NCBI GenBank assembly: GCA_048270185.1
Contig: JBLWTJ010000001.1
Coordinates: 1,184,001 to 1,248,000, forward strand
Length of the DNA stretch: 64,000 nucleotides
Direction: 5' to 3'
Origin: Bacteriovoracaceae bacterium
Lineage (GTDB): Bacteria; Bdellovibrionota; Bacteriovoracia; Bacteriovoracales; Bacteriovoracaceae
Shown in pieces: positions 41,169 to 49,954 of this stretch (positions are counted from its first letter, which is position 1; each line of letters begins with the position of its first letter). The notes under the pieces were generated by a model that worked only from the letters and a program-made list of their open reading frames with translations, did no database searches and was not told the origin of the DNA. Made by a program: the position numbers and the translations under genes.

Positions 41169-41675
41169 ATGTTTCCAATATTACTTTTACTTTTTACTGT
41201 TGTTCCGGCCATCGAGATCTACCTCCTCTTTTCAATTGGAGGAAATATCGGTGCAGGTAATACATTCTTATTAGTTCTCACAACAGGAATTGTGGGTGCC
41301 GCACTTGCGAAATCTCAAGGGGCCCAGATGCTGGCCAAAATTCAAGGTGAATTATCACAAGGTAAAGTTCCGGCAAACGATTTCATTCATGGACTTCTTA
41401 TTTTTGGTGGTGGTCTTTTACTACTAACTCCTGGTTTTCTTACAGATATTCTTGGACTTTCAATGGTTCTTCCTGTGACGCGCCATCTTTGGCTCGTCTT
41501 TGCTCAAAAATTCTTCGTAAATGCTGTTCAAAGTGGAAATGTACAATTCTATTCCTTCAAAAATGGTGGAGGTTTTTCCTCTTACTCGGGCAACGCCTAT
41601 AATTCTCGTGCAAGACATGAGGGAACACGTCAAGTTGATGAAAACACATTTGAAGTTGATTACGAAAAGAAGTAA
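41169..41675 (+). CDS. fxsA: FxsA family membrane protein
   Basis: VPAIEIYL, SQG, GGLLLLTPGFLTD. Confidence 0.92.
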   Translation: MFPILLLLFTVVPAIEIYLLFSIGGNIGAGNTFLLVLTTGIVGAALAKSQGAQMLAKIQGELSQGKVPANDFIHGLLIFGGGLLLLTPGFLTDILGLSMVLPVTRHLWLVFAQKFFVNAVQSGNVQFYSFKNGGGFSSYSGNAYNSRARHEGTRQVDENTFEVDYEKK

Positions 41676-41684
41676 GATTTCATT

Positions 41685-42914
41685 ATGAACAAAACAAAGC
41701 AACTACCGGTATCTCTTAAAGATATTCAAGATGCACGATTAGCAATCGAAAATCGTATCATCAAAACTCCACTGACATATTCGACAACTTTAAGTGAGAA
41801 GTTTGACTGTGAAGTTTATCTAAAACTCGAAAATCTCCAGCTTACTGGAGCATATAAAATAAGAGGGGCCTTAAATCGTCTTTCAAAATTGAGCGAGGAA
41901 GAAAAGAAGAAAGGTGTTATCGCCTCTTCGGCCGGGAATCACGCCCAAGGAGTTGCCCTTGCGGCCAAACAACTTGGAATACAAGCAACGATTGTTATGC
42001 CTAAATCGACGCCTCTTGCAAAAGTTCAAGGAACAAAGAAGTTTGGAGCTGAAGTTATTCTACATGGTAATTTCTATGATGATGCCTACCAAAGGGCACT
42101 AGAAATTCAACGTGAAAGTGGACAAGTATTCATTCACCCATTTAATGATAAAGATATTATTGCAGGTCAAGGAACTATTGGCCTAGAGATCATCGAAGAA
42201 CTACCTGACGTCGATCTTATCGCCATCCCTGTCGGCGGAGGTGGTCTAATTTCAGGAATTTCCACAGCAGTCAAATCACTCAAAAATAATTGTAAGATTA
42301 TTGGAGTAGAGGCCAGTGAAATGCCGGCCATGCAAGCATCACTTGCTAAAGGTGAGATCACAACAATTGATAAGAAGAAAACCATCGCTGATGGAATTGC
42401 TGTAACAACAGTTCTTGAAAACACATTCGATATTGTTAAAGAATATGTTGAAGAGATTGTCACAGTTAAAGAGACTGAAATTTCTCACGCTATTGTTACA
42501 CTTTTGGAGTACGAAAAGGTTCTAACAGAAGGCGCTGGAGCAACTGCTGTTGCAGCGCTACTTTATGAGAAATTTAAAGATATCAAAGGTAAGAAAATAG
42601 CGCTTATTGTTAGTGGTGGAAATATTGATCTCAATATCCTCGATCGAATAATTGAGCGCGGCCTAATCACCTCTGGTCGCTCATGCTCTATTATAATTAA
42701 TGTCCCTGATACACCTGGGACAATTGCTCATATTGCTTCAATTATTGGAGCCAAAGAAGCTAATATTTTAGAAATTCATCACAATAGGGCCTTTACAACA
42801 AGTGTTCTCGGAGAAACAGAGGTTGAAATCTCACTTGAAACAAGAGGTCATCTTCATATTAAAGAAATTGTGGATGAGCTAAACTCAAAAGGCTTTAGTG
42901 CCAAAAGGGTCTAG
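41685..42914 (+). CDS. ilvA: Threonine ammonia-lyase with C-terminal ACT domain
   Basis: KLENLQLTGAYKIRGA, SAGNHAQG, VGGGGL, SGGNID. Confidence 0.92.
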   Translation: MNKTKQLPVSLKDIQDARLAIENRIIKTPLTYSTTLSEKFDCEVYLKLENLQLTGAYKIRGALNRLSKLSEEEKKKGVIASSAGNHAQGVALAAKQLGIQATIVMPKSTPLAKVQGTKKFGAEVILHGNFYDDAYQRALEIQRESGQVFIHPFNDKDIIAGQGTIGLEIIEELPDVDLIAIPVGGGGLISGISTAVKSLKNNCKIIGVEASEMPAMQASLAKGEITTIDKKKTIADGIAVTTVLENTFDIVKEYVEEIVTVKETEISHAIVTLLEYEKVLTEGAGATAVAALLYEKFKDIKGKKIALIVSGGNIDLNILDRIIERGLITSGRSCSIIINVPDTPGTIAHIASIIGAKEANILEIHHNRAFTTSVLGETEVEISLETRGHLHIKEIVDELNSKGFSAKRV

Positions 42915-42919
42915 TTAAT

Positions 42920-43903
42920 ATGAGTTCATTTAATTTTCTCGAAACAACTCGCAATAATGAAGAAAGTCTCGCAGCTTCTAATTTTACTAAACATGATCTC
43001 GATTTTCATATTTTCGATACGGGGATAATCCAGGTTATTCCACATAATATTGAAAATCACGATGCTTATATTATTTCATGTGGAATTCATGGCAATGAAA
43101 CAGCTCCCATTGAGTTTACAAATGAAATTTTAAATAAAATTGAAGCTGGCACTTTAAAGTTAATATCACCTACCCTCTTTATTTTTGGAAATCCAAGATC
43201 AATGAATATTGGAAAGAGGTTTAGTGAATATAATTTAAATCGTTGCTTTAATGGAGCATATAAAGAGCTTGAAGATAGTTATGAGAAAAAACGTGCGCAA
43301 GTCATTGAGAAGCACTGCTATAACTTTGCAACTAAGTACGAAGATAAGACCTTATTTCATTTTGATCTCCACTGTGCCTTAAAGAAGAGTGAAATGGAAC
43401 GATTCGCACTCGTACCAAAGTCACATGAACGTACACGTGATGAAGATTTTGATCTTATCTTGGCCAATATGAATGTTGAAGCTTCTCTCTTTTCACACAA
43501 AGAATCGACAGTATTTAGCTCATTTAGCTTCACACAATTTAATGCCTATAGTGCAACAGTCGAACTAGGAAAAGTCTATCCATTTGGACAAAATCCTGTC
43601 GGAAAGTTTACTGCAGCATCTGATACTATTGAAAAGCTACTAAGTGGTAAAAAACTTGCATTTGCAAATAAGGCACAAGCATTTACAATATATGATTCAA
43701 TCAATAAAGAGTTCGATGATTTTGAATTTACATTTGATGAAGAAGAAAGCTCTAACTTCACTTCTTTTAAACAAGATGAAGTTATTTTTAGACAAGGAGG
43801 CATTGATTACAAATGTCCCGAAGATGGTTTAAGAATGATCTTTCCAAACTCGAATGTCATTTTAGGTCAACGGGCCCTTTTACTAATTAAAGAAATTAAA
43901 TAA
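42920..43903 (+). CDS. astE: Succinylglutamate desuccinylase
   Basis: GIHGNETAPIE, NLNRCF, FDLHCA, TVELGKV.PFGQN, FPN..V..GQRA. Confidence 0.85.
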   Translation: MSSFNFLETTRNNEESLAASNFTKHDLDFHIFDTGIIQVIPHNIENHDAYIISCGIHGNETAPIEFTNEILNKIEAGTLKLISPTLFIFGNPRSMNIGKRFSEYNLNRCFNGAYKELEDSYEKKRAQVIEKHCYNFATKYEDKTLFHFDLHCALKKSEMERFALVPKSHERTRDEDFDLILANMNVEASLFSHKESTVFSSFSFTQFNAYSATVELGKVYPFGQNPVGKFTAASDTIEKLLSGKKLAFANKAQAFTIYDSINKEFDDFEFTFDEEESSNFTSFKQDEVIFRQGGIDYKCPEDGLRMIFPNSNVILGQRALLLIKEIK

Positions 43904-43916
43904 TCAGGAGTAATTA

Positions 43917-44420
43917 ATGAGTGACTTTTTAATCGTAACGGCCAGTGATGGTATGAATTTAAAGATGGCCGATAAACTTTTAGAACTATCTGCTTCTACT
44001 GGAGCAAGTTTTGAAATCGTAAAGATTAGTGATTACAACCTACCTCTTTACACTACTTCTGAAGAAGAAAAAGGAATTCCAGAAGATGGAATTAAACTAG
44101 GTAGTAAATTTGTTGCAGCAAAAGGAATGGTCTTTTTAACTCCAGAATACAATGGTTCAGTCACACCATCTTTCATCAATGCAATTGCTTGGATAACTCG
44201 CTCTTGTGGTGAAAATTGGCGAGATGCTTTTGTTCAAAAGCCAGCTGTTCTAGGAACACATTCAGGAGGAGGCGGCCAATACGTCCTCAATGCCATGCTT
44301 GATCAACTATCATTTATTGGTATGAATATTATTGGAAGAAAACTTCTTACGAACTATGGAAAGCCATTAAATGAAGAAGCTGCAGAACAAGCATTAAAAG
44401 AACTTGTAAAACTGGCATAA
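43917..44420 (+). CDS. NADPH-dependent FMN reductase
   Basis: TPEYNGS, NAIAWITR, SGGGG. Confidence 0.88.
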   Translation: MSDFLIVTASDGMNLKMADKLLELSASTGASFEIVKISDYNLPLYTTSEEEKGIPEDGIKLGSKFVAAKGMVFLTPEYNGSVTPSFINAIAWITRSCGENWRDAFVQKPAVLGTHSGGGGQYVLNAMLDQLSFIGMNIIGRKLLTNYGKPLNEEAAEQALKELVKLA

Positions 44421-44447
44421 AAAAAGCTCCCTATGGAGCTTTTTTTT
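44419..44447. terminator. Bidirectional terminator
   Basis: A-tract, AGCTCC-CTAT-GGAGCT, T-tract. Confidence 0.85.
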
Positions 44448-44925
44448 ATTCTTTACAAGATTTCAAAATAACTAAATTCTTCATTCCTTCTAACACAGCA
44501 GCACAGCCATCTGATTTTTGAGCACGCTCTGAAGTATTTAAATAGAAAAGAATTTGGTCTTTGATAACCCTCTTCTTCCCTTTTAAATCCATAACATTAG
44601 CACTAAATTTTGCACGATATGCATGAACTTCTTTATCAGCTGATTCAATAGCAGTAATTTTAATACTTTCAGGTGAATCCATAATGTACTGTAAATTCTT
44701 TGGTGCATCATAATCTGGATCTTTTCCAAAGCGATACTCAGGGAATTTCTTATTAAGGCACTTCTCTTTAGCTCCAACTATTAAGCGAATTCCACTTACC
44801 TCGATTTCAATAAGATCTTTGGCCACTTTCTTAACATCTTTATTCTTAGGACAGACTTCTGCTGCATAGATATTACTCATAAGCACAGATGCTAATATTA
44901 GTGTTGAAAATATATTAGTGATCAT
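44446..44925 (-). CDS. Small secreted basic 4-Cys protein
   Basis: Start set at ATG 44925 after GAGAGGAAG; signal peptide ending IYA; overlaps the upstream gene's end by 11 bp. Confidence 0.75.
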   Translation of the reverse strand: MITNIFSTLILASVLMSNIYAAEVCPKNKDVKKVAKDLIEIEVSGIRLIVGAKEKCLNKKFPEYRFGKDPDYDAPKNLQYIMDSPESIKITAIESADKEVHAYRAKFSANVMDLKGKKRVIKDQILFYLNTSERAQKSDGCAAVLEGMKNLVILKSCKE

Positions 44926-46222
44926 TTTTCTTCCTCTCAGATAGACATTTCTCAACACACTCACCACCTTTTAACTCGGCAGGTTTATCGAAATAACATG
45001 CAGGATTTGCACCATCATGTCTTAAAACCTGGAAGCGTGAACTTACGGCCGCTTTTGAGAAAGTTCTCTTATTTACAATATCCCAACAAGATTTCTTTGC
45101 TTGAACAAGTAAGTTTCTAAATAGTGTTGAATACTCTGTTTCATGGATTTTTGCTTCAACTCGAGCTGGGCCATAATTATTAAGAGCACCACTATGGATA
45201 TAAGTAAAATCAAAGTCACCAATTGTCACATCATCACATGTACCAGCTTCCGAATGTTTTCTAATCCCAAGTGGATCTCGACCTACCGAATCGACCATTA
45301 CAACGTGCTTACCTTTAAAGTTAATGACATCACCTGATTGCATGGAATAAGGAAGATTAAATTTAGCATCCTTTACACATGAGTTCTTCTTTTGAGAAGT
45401 ATAAAAAAGTGAAGTTGTAGTTAGAGAGTTAAAATCTGTATCTGCAGTAGAAAACTTTAAACCTTCCACTGCAAAAGCTGCAGAAATAAATTCTGAACAA
45501 TCAATTCCAGAAGACTTAACACCGTTATTTGCAACTCCTGCACCACGTGTAAAAAGATTAACTTTTTCACCTCTTAGCCATTTTCTTGAACCATAACCAT
45601 AAACTGGTGGCTGCTTTGTAGTATCAATACAGCCTTCTGCTGGAAAATTTGGATCGGACTTGAGCCCTTTTAAAATCTCATGAGAATTAACCATCTTATC
45701 TTTGCTATTAATAACTCTTTGCTTATACACTTGGCCATTATCAAAGGTTGCACTTCTAGTTGTCACACCTTGAAGCTTTGGTGTGTTCTCATCCATTACG
45801 AAATCAATGGCATTACAAGATTGATAAATTGTCGCAAGAACTTGTCTTGCACCAAGAGAGCCAGCTCCCAGCATATCAGTATTGTAAGCCTCCATTTCTT
45901 CAGGACTAATTGAACAAGTCGATGGAGTCACTGTTAAGCTATCATTGATATAGTCTGAAATATCGTAAGTTGATGGAAAATTAGTATAGTTATTTGATAG
46001 TATCTGTAATGGGTCTTTTTTATTACGACTCACATCTGCCTTAGCTTCCATCTCATTAGCTACATTATCAACACTATCGACAATATCGCTTATATCGGAT
46101 TCACTTGCCATGCGAGAGGCAGCTCTCGGCGCCACACCACTTTGGATATCCCCTTGATCAACCTGACAAGCTGATAACAAAAATGTCGATGTTAAAATTA
46201 AGTAAAAATAGTTTCTCTTCAT
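44915..46222 (-). CDS. NlpC/P60 family (papain-like) lipoprotein
   Basis: Lipobox LSAC; PVYGYG..GIDCSEFI..GL..MQSGDVINF..HVVMV..YIHS gives a Cys-His-His triad. Confidence 0.75.
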   Translation of the reverse strand: MKRNYFYLILTSTFLLSACQVDQGDIQSGVAPRAASRMASESDISDIVDSVDNVANEMEAKADVSRNKKDPLQILSNNYTNFPSTYDISDYINDSLTVTPSTCSISPEEMEAYNTDMLGAGSLGARQVLATIYQSCNAIDFVMDENTPKLQGVTTRSATFDNGQVYKQRVINSKDKMVNSHEILKGLKSDPNFPAEGCIDTTKQPPVYGYGSRKWLRGEKVNLFTRGAGVANNGVKSSGIDCSEFISAAFAVEGLKFSTADTDFNSLTTTSLFYTSQKKNSCVKDAKFNLPYSMQSGDVINFKGKHVVMVDSVGRDPLGIRKHSEAGTCDDVTIGDFDFTYIHSGALNNYGPARVEAKIHETEYSTLFRNLLVQAKKSCWDIVNKRTFSKAAVSSRFQVLRHDGANPACYFDKPAELKGGECVEKCLSERKKNDH

Positions 46223-46241
46223 AGGCCTCTCGTCCTATCTC

Positions 46242-46269
46242 TTATCGGTAAATTTACTCTTTTACTTTA
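46242..46269 (-). promoter_or_regulatory. Putative sigma28 (FliA) promoter of the NlpC/P60 operon
   Basis: Minus strand TAAA-N16-ACCGATAA, 19 nt before the start codon. Confidence 0.65.
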
Positions 46270-46411
46270 GATGTAAAAACAAATACTTATACAATCGACA
46301 TAAATAAATTACATAGGTTGTAAGGTAATGTAATATTAATATGGCCACCCTTTTCTGTACAATTGAGCGCGTCATTGATTAAATGCAGCACCATTTCAAT
46401 AAGGATCATTA

Positions 46412-47287
46412 ATGAAGACTTCACTAGGCTTAATCGCCATATTTATTCTTGTAACAAATTCGGCCATGGCCATTAATAAAGTCGTTTATGGAGAAGACAA
46501 TCGTCTCGATCGCTTTGAAGTAATTGATCAAAATAAACTAGATCTTCAAAGATCAACAGTTGCAATGATTCCGAAGTCAAAGCTTAAGCAAATTGGAAAT
46601 ACATCTAACTATCTAGCTGATGATTCTAAAATTGACCTATGTGATGGTGAAAGATTTAATAAGCAGGTAGATGTAGCTGATTGTTCGGGATTCCTTGTTG
46701 AAAAATATGGAAAACAATTTATTGTAACGGCCGGTCACTGTATGCAATCGAAGACAGACTGTCATGACAACTACTGGGTATTTGATTATGCAAAAACATC
46801 TCCGAATGATGATGCAAGAACAATCAATGAAGAGAATATTTATAGCTGTCGCAATATTGTTGCTCAAAGACTTGGCCGTATGTCAGGTGAAGATTTTGCA
46901 GTTATTGAACTAAATAGAAAAGTAGAAGGAAGAAGGCCACTAGACTACAGACAAAATGACGACATTAGAAAAGGTGAAGAAGTATTTGTTATTGGTCACC
47001 CATCTGGTCTTCCATCAAAAGTCTCTGATAATGGTTTCGTAAGACGTGCCGACAATTTTTATCAATTTGAAACAAACCTTGATACATTCTCAGGGAATTC
47101 AGGATCAGCTGTATTTAACGAGAAAACAGGAATTGTTGAAGGTATCCTTGTAAATGGAGACGAAGACTACCGCTACAATGCTAAGAAACATTGTTATGAA
47201 GTAAATCGTTGTAAAATGGAAGGATGCGAAGGTGAAGGTGTTTTTAGAATTACCCGTATCCTTATGCTCAGACCTAGTAACGACTAG
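46412..47287 (+). CDS. Secreted trypsin-like (S1) serine protease
   Basis: Signal peptide, VVYGEDNR, TAGHC, DFAVI, GNSGS. Confidence 0.92.
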   Translation: MKTSLGLIAIFILVTNSAMAINKVVYGEDNRLDRFEVIDQNKLDLQRSTVAMIPKSKLKQIGNTSNYLADDSKIDLCDGERFNKQVDVADCSGFLVEKYGKQFIVTAGHCMQSKTDCHDNYWVFDYAKTSPNDDARTINEENIYSCRNIVAQRLGRMSGEDFAVIELNRKVEGRRPLDYRQNDDIRKGEEVFVIGHPSGLPSKVSDNGFVRRADNFYQFETNLDTFSGNSGSAVFNEKTGIVEGILVNGDEDYRYNAKKHCYEVNRCKMEGCEGEGVFRITRILMLRPSND

Positions 47288-47757
47288 AGATTAAACTTAC
47301 CATCCAGGCAAGAGTTAATTCTTTCTTTTGCCTGGTTAATATCTTCATTAAAGACTGCACCAATTTCAATCGAAAGATTCTCTAATAACATTTCCAAATA
47401 CTTTGATTCAGCAGAACCTTTATCTGAGATTTGTAATAGTTGTTGAATATTTTCAACAAAAGTTTCAGTGTCTTGCTTTTGAATATTTGATTTAAAGAAA
47501 TTAATTCTATCTTTTTTCGAATCAAACTCTAGTAATTCACTCTCTTGTGAAATTTTATCAAGAGTTTGCTCTATTTCTTTGGGAGAACTTAGAAGTCTAA
47601 AAGCATCTTTTTTCACCGTTGGAATCATTGTCGTCGAACGACCTTGAGTTGACTCAATTATATAGAATTCCGAACCACTCATATCCTTGATTTCTGTAAT
47701 TACGCCAACACCAAAGTTAATCGATACTACTTCTTGTCCTATTTCTAATTTTGGCAT
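47284..47757 (-). CDS. CarD/CdnL-like protein
   Basis: GQEVV...FGVGVITEI..MIP..FR CarD N-domain pattern; start set at ATG 47757 after AGGGGA. Confidence 0.7.
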   Translation of the reverse strand: MPKLEIGQEVVSINFGVGVITEIKDMSGSEFYIIESTQGRSTTMIPTVKKDAFRLLSSPKEIEQTLDKISQESELLEFDSKKDRINFFKSNIQKQDTETFVENIQQLLQISDKGSAESKYLEMLLENLSIEIGAVFNEDINQAKERINSCLDGKFNL

Positions 47758-47781
47758 AAATCCCCTTTTTGTTAGGTTAAT

Positions 47782-47790
47782 ATTATACCA
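47782..47790 (-). promoter_or_regulatory. Extended -10 element of the CarD-like gene
   Basis: Minus strand TGGTATAAT, 24 nt before the start. Confidence 0.55.
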
Positions 47791-47920
47791 CAGGTTATAA
47801 AATAAATCTTTCGGGCAACGAATTCGCAACAAGCAGTGTCAAATGACACTCACAGCTTTTTTTAGTTAGTTGAAAGTGGTATAAGTCTTCTAATATACAT
47901 TGAACACAGGGGATTTAAGT

Positions 47921-49924
47921 ATGAATGCTGATAGTTTCAAACAAGCTATATTAGAGGGTATTCCTAAGACTTTACCAAAATATAAGAAGTATGAAGAGAA
48001 TATTAACCATGCGCCAAAACGTAAACAAATTCTCTCTCAAGAAGAAGAGAAATTGGCACTTCGTAATGCCCTTCGATACTTTCCTTCAGATCTTCATTCT
48101 GAACTAATTCAAGAATTTAAAGAAGAACTCAATAAATATGGGCGAATTTACATGTATCGCTACCGCCCGGATTATAAGATACATGCACGTTCAATCGAAG
48201 AGTATCCTCACAAGTCAAAGCAAGCAGCAGCAATTATGCTAATGCTTTCAAATAATCTTGACTACGCTGTTGCTCAACACCCACATGAACTTATCACATA
48301 CGGTGGTAATGGAGCAGTCTTTTCAAACTGGGCCCAGTACCTATTAACAATGCAATATCTAGCAACCATGACTGATGAGCAAACACTTGTTCTCTACTCC
48401 GGTCACCCAGCAGGATTATTTCCATCACACAAGGATGCACCAAGAGTTGTTGTCACTAACGGCATGATGATTCCAAATTACTCTAAGCCTGATGATTGGG
48501 AGAAGTTTAATGCACTAGGAGTTACTCAATACGGACAAATGACTGCAGGTTCATTTATGTATATTGGACCTCAAGGAATTGTACATGGTACGACAATCAC
48601 AGTTCTTAATGCTCTAAGAAAAATTTCTAAAGAGTCAGTGACTGAAACTGCTGGAAAAGTTTTTGTTACTGCAGGACTTGGTGGAATGTCTGGAGCACAA
48701 CCTAAGGCCGCTGTCATTGCTGGTTGTATTGGAGTTGTTGCAGAAGTCAATCCAAAGGCAGTTAAAACAAGACATGAGCAAGGATGGGTTGATGAAGTAT
48801 TTACCGATCTCGATGAAATCGTTTCACGTATCAAGATAGCACAAGAAAATAAAGAAGCTGTGTCACTTGCCTACCAAGGAAATATTATTAACCTTTGGGA
48901 GAAATTTGTTGAGACAGGTCTAAAGGTTGATATTGGCTCTGATCAAACTTCCCTTCATAATCCATGGGCCGGTGGTTACTATCCTGCCGATCTCTCATTT
49001 GAAGAATCAAATGAAATGATGGCCAATAACCCGGAACAATTTAAAGTTGAAGTACAAAAGAGCTTAGTAAGACACGTCAATGCAATTAATAAACTAGCAG
49101 ATCAAGGAATGTACTTCTTCGACTATGGAAATGCATTCTTACTTGAAGCATCACGTGCTGGTGCTGATATTATGAAAGACGGATCAAGTGAAGAATTTAA
49201 ATATCCTTCATATGTTCAAGATATCATGGGTCCAATGTGCTTTGATTATGGATTCGGACCTTTTAGATGGGTTTGTACATCAAGTACACAAGAAGATCTT
49301 GATCTTACAGATAAGCTTGCTACAGAAGTACTTGAGAGACTGATGCAAGAATCCCCAAGTGAGATCACACAACAAATGCAAGATAATATCACATGGATTA
49401 AAGGTGCAAAAGAGAACGATCTTGTCGTCGGTTCAAAAGCACGAATTCTATATGCCGATAGTGACGGAAGAATTGAAATTGCACTCGCCTTTAACAAGGC
49501 CCTTCGCGAAGGAAAACTTAAAGCTCCAGTAGTCCTAGGTCGCGACCATCACGATGTTTCAGGAACTGATTCACCATTTAGAGAAACGTCCAATATCTAC
49601 GATGGCTCACGCTTTACTGCAGATATGGCCGTCCAAAACTTCGTTGGTGATTCTTTTAGAGGGGCAACTTGGATTTCACTTCATAACGGCGGTGGAGTCG
49701 GATGGGGAGAAGTAATTAACGGTGGTTTTGGAATGGTTCTCGATGGAAGTGAAGACTGTGATCGTCGTATCAAGTCAATGCTATTCTGGGATGTAAATAA
49801 CGGAATTAACCGTCGTAGCTGGGCCCGCAATGAAGGGGCCACATTTGCAATAAAAAGAGCAATGGAGAAAGAGCCTCTCTTACAGGTGACAATACCTAAC
49901 TTAGTTGATGATTCATTACTATAA
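47921..49924 (+). CDS. hutU: Urocanate hydratase (long form)
   Basis: YGGNG, YGQMTAGS, GLGGMSGAQ, SDQTS.HN, GRDHHD, HNGGGVG. Confidence 0.97.
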   Translation: MNADSFKQAILEGIPKTLPKYKKYEENINHAPKRKQILSQEEEKLALRNALRYFPSDLHSELIQEFKEELNKYGRIYMYRYRPDYKIHARSIEEYPHKSKQAAAIMLMLSNNLDYAVAQHPHELITYGGNGAVFSNWAQYLLTMQYLATMTDEQTLVLYSGHPAGLFPSHKDAPRVVVTNGMMIPNYSKPDDWEKFNALGVTQYGQMTAGSFMYIGPQGIVHGTTITVLNALRKISKESVTETAGKVFVTAGLGGMSGAQPKAAVIAGCIGVVAEVNPKAVKTRHEQGWVDEVFTDLDEIVSRIKIAQENKEAVSLAYQGNIINLWEKFVETGLKVDIGSDQTSLHNPWAGGYYPADLSFEESNEMMANNPEQFKVEVQKSLVRHVNAINKLADQGMYFFDYGNAFLLEASRAGADIMKDGSSEEFKYPSYVQDIMGPMCFDYGFGPFRWVCTSSTQEDLDLTDKLATEVLERLMQESPSEITQQMQDNITWIKGAKENDLVVGSKARILYADSDGRIEIALAFNKALREGKLKAPVVLGRDHHDVSGTDSPFRETSNIYDGSRFTADMAVQNFVGDSFRGATWISLHNGGGVGWGEVINGGFGMVLDGSEDCDRRIKSMLFWDVNNGINRRSWARNEGATFAIKRAMEKEPLLQVTIPNLVDDSLL

Positions 49925-49926
49925 AT

Positions 49927-49954
49927 AAGGCCTAGCATTAGCTAGGCTTTTTTT
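49927..49954. terminator. Terminator after hutU (left edge of the cassette)
   Basis: GCCTAGC-ATTA-GCTAGGC followed by T7. Confidence 0.8.
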
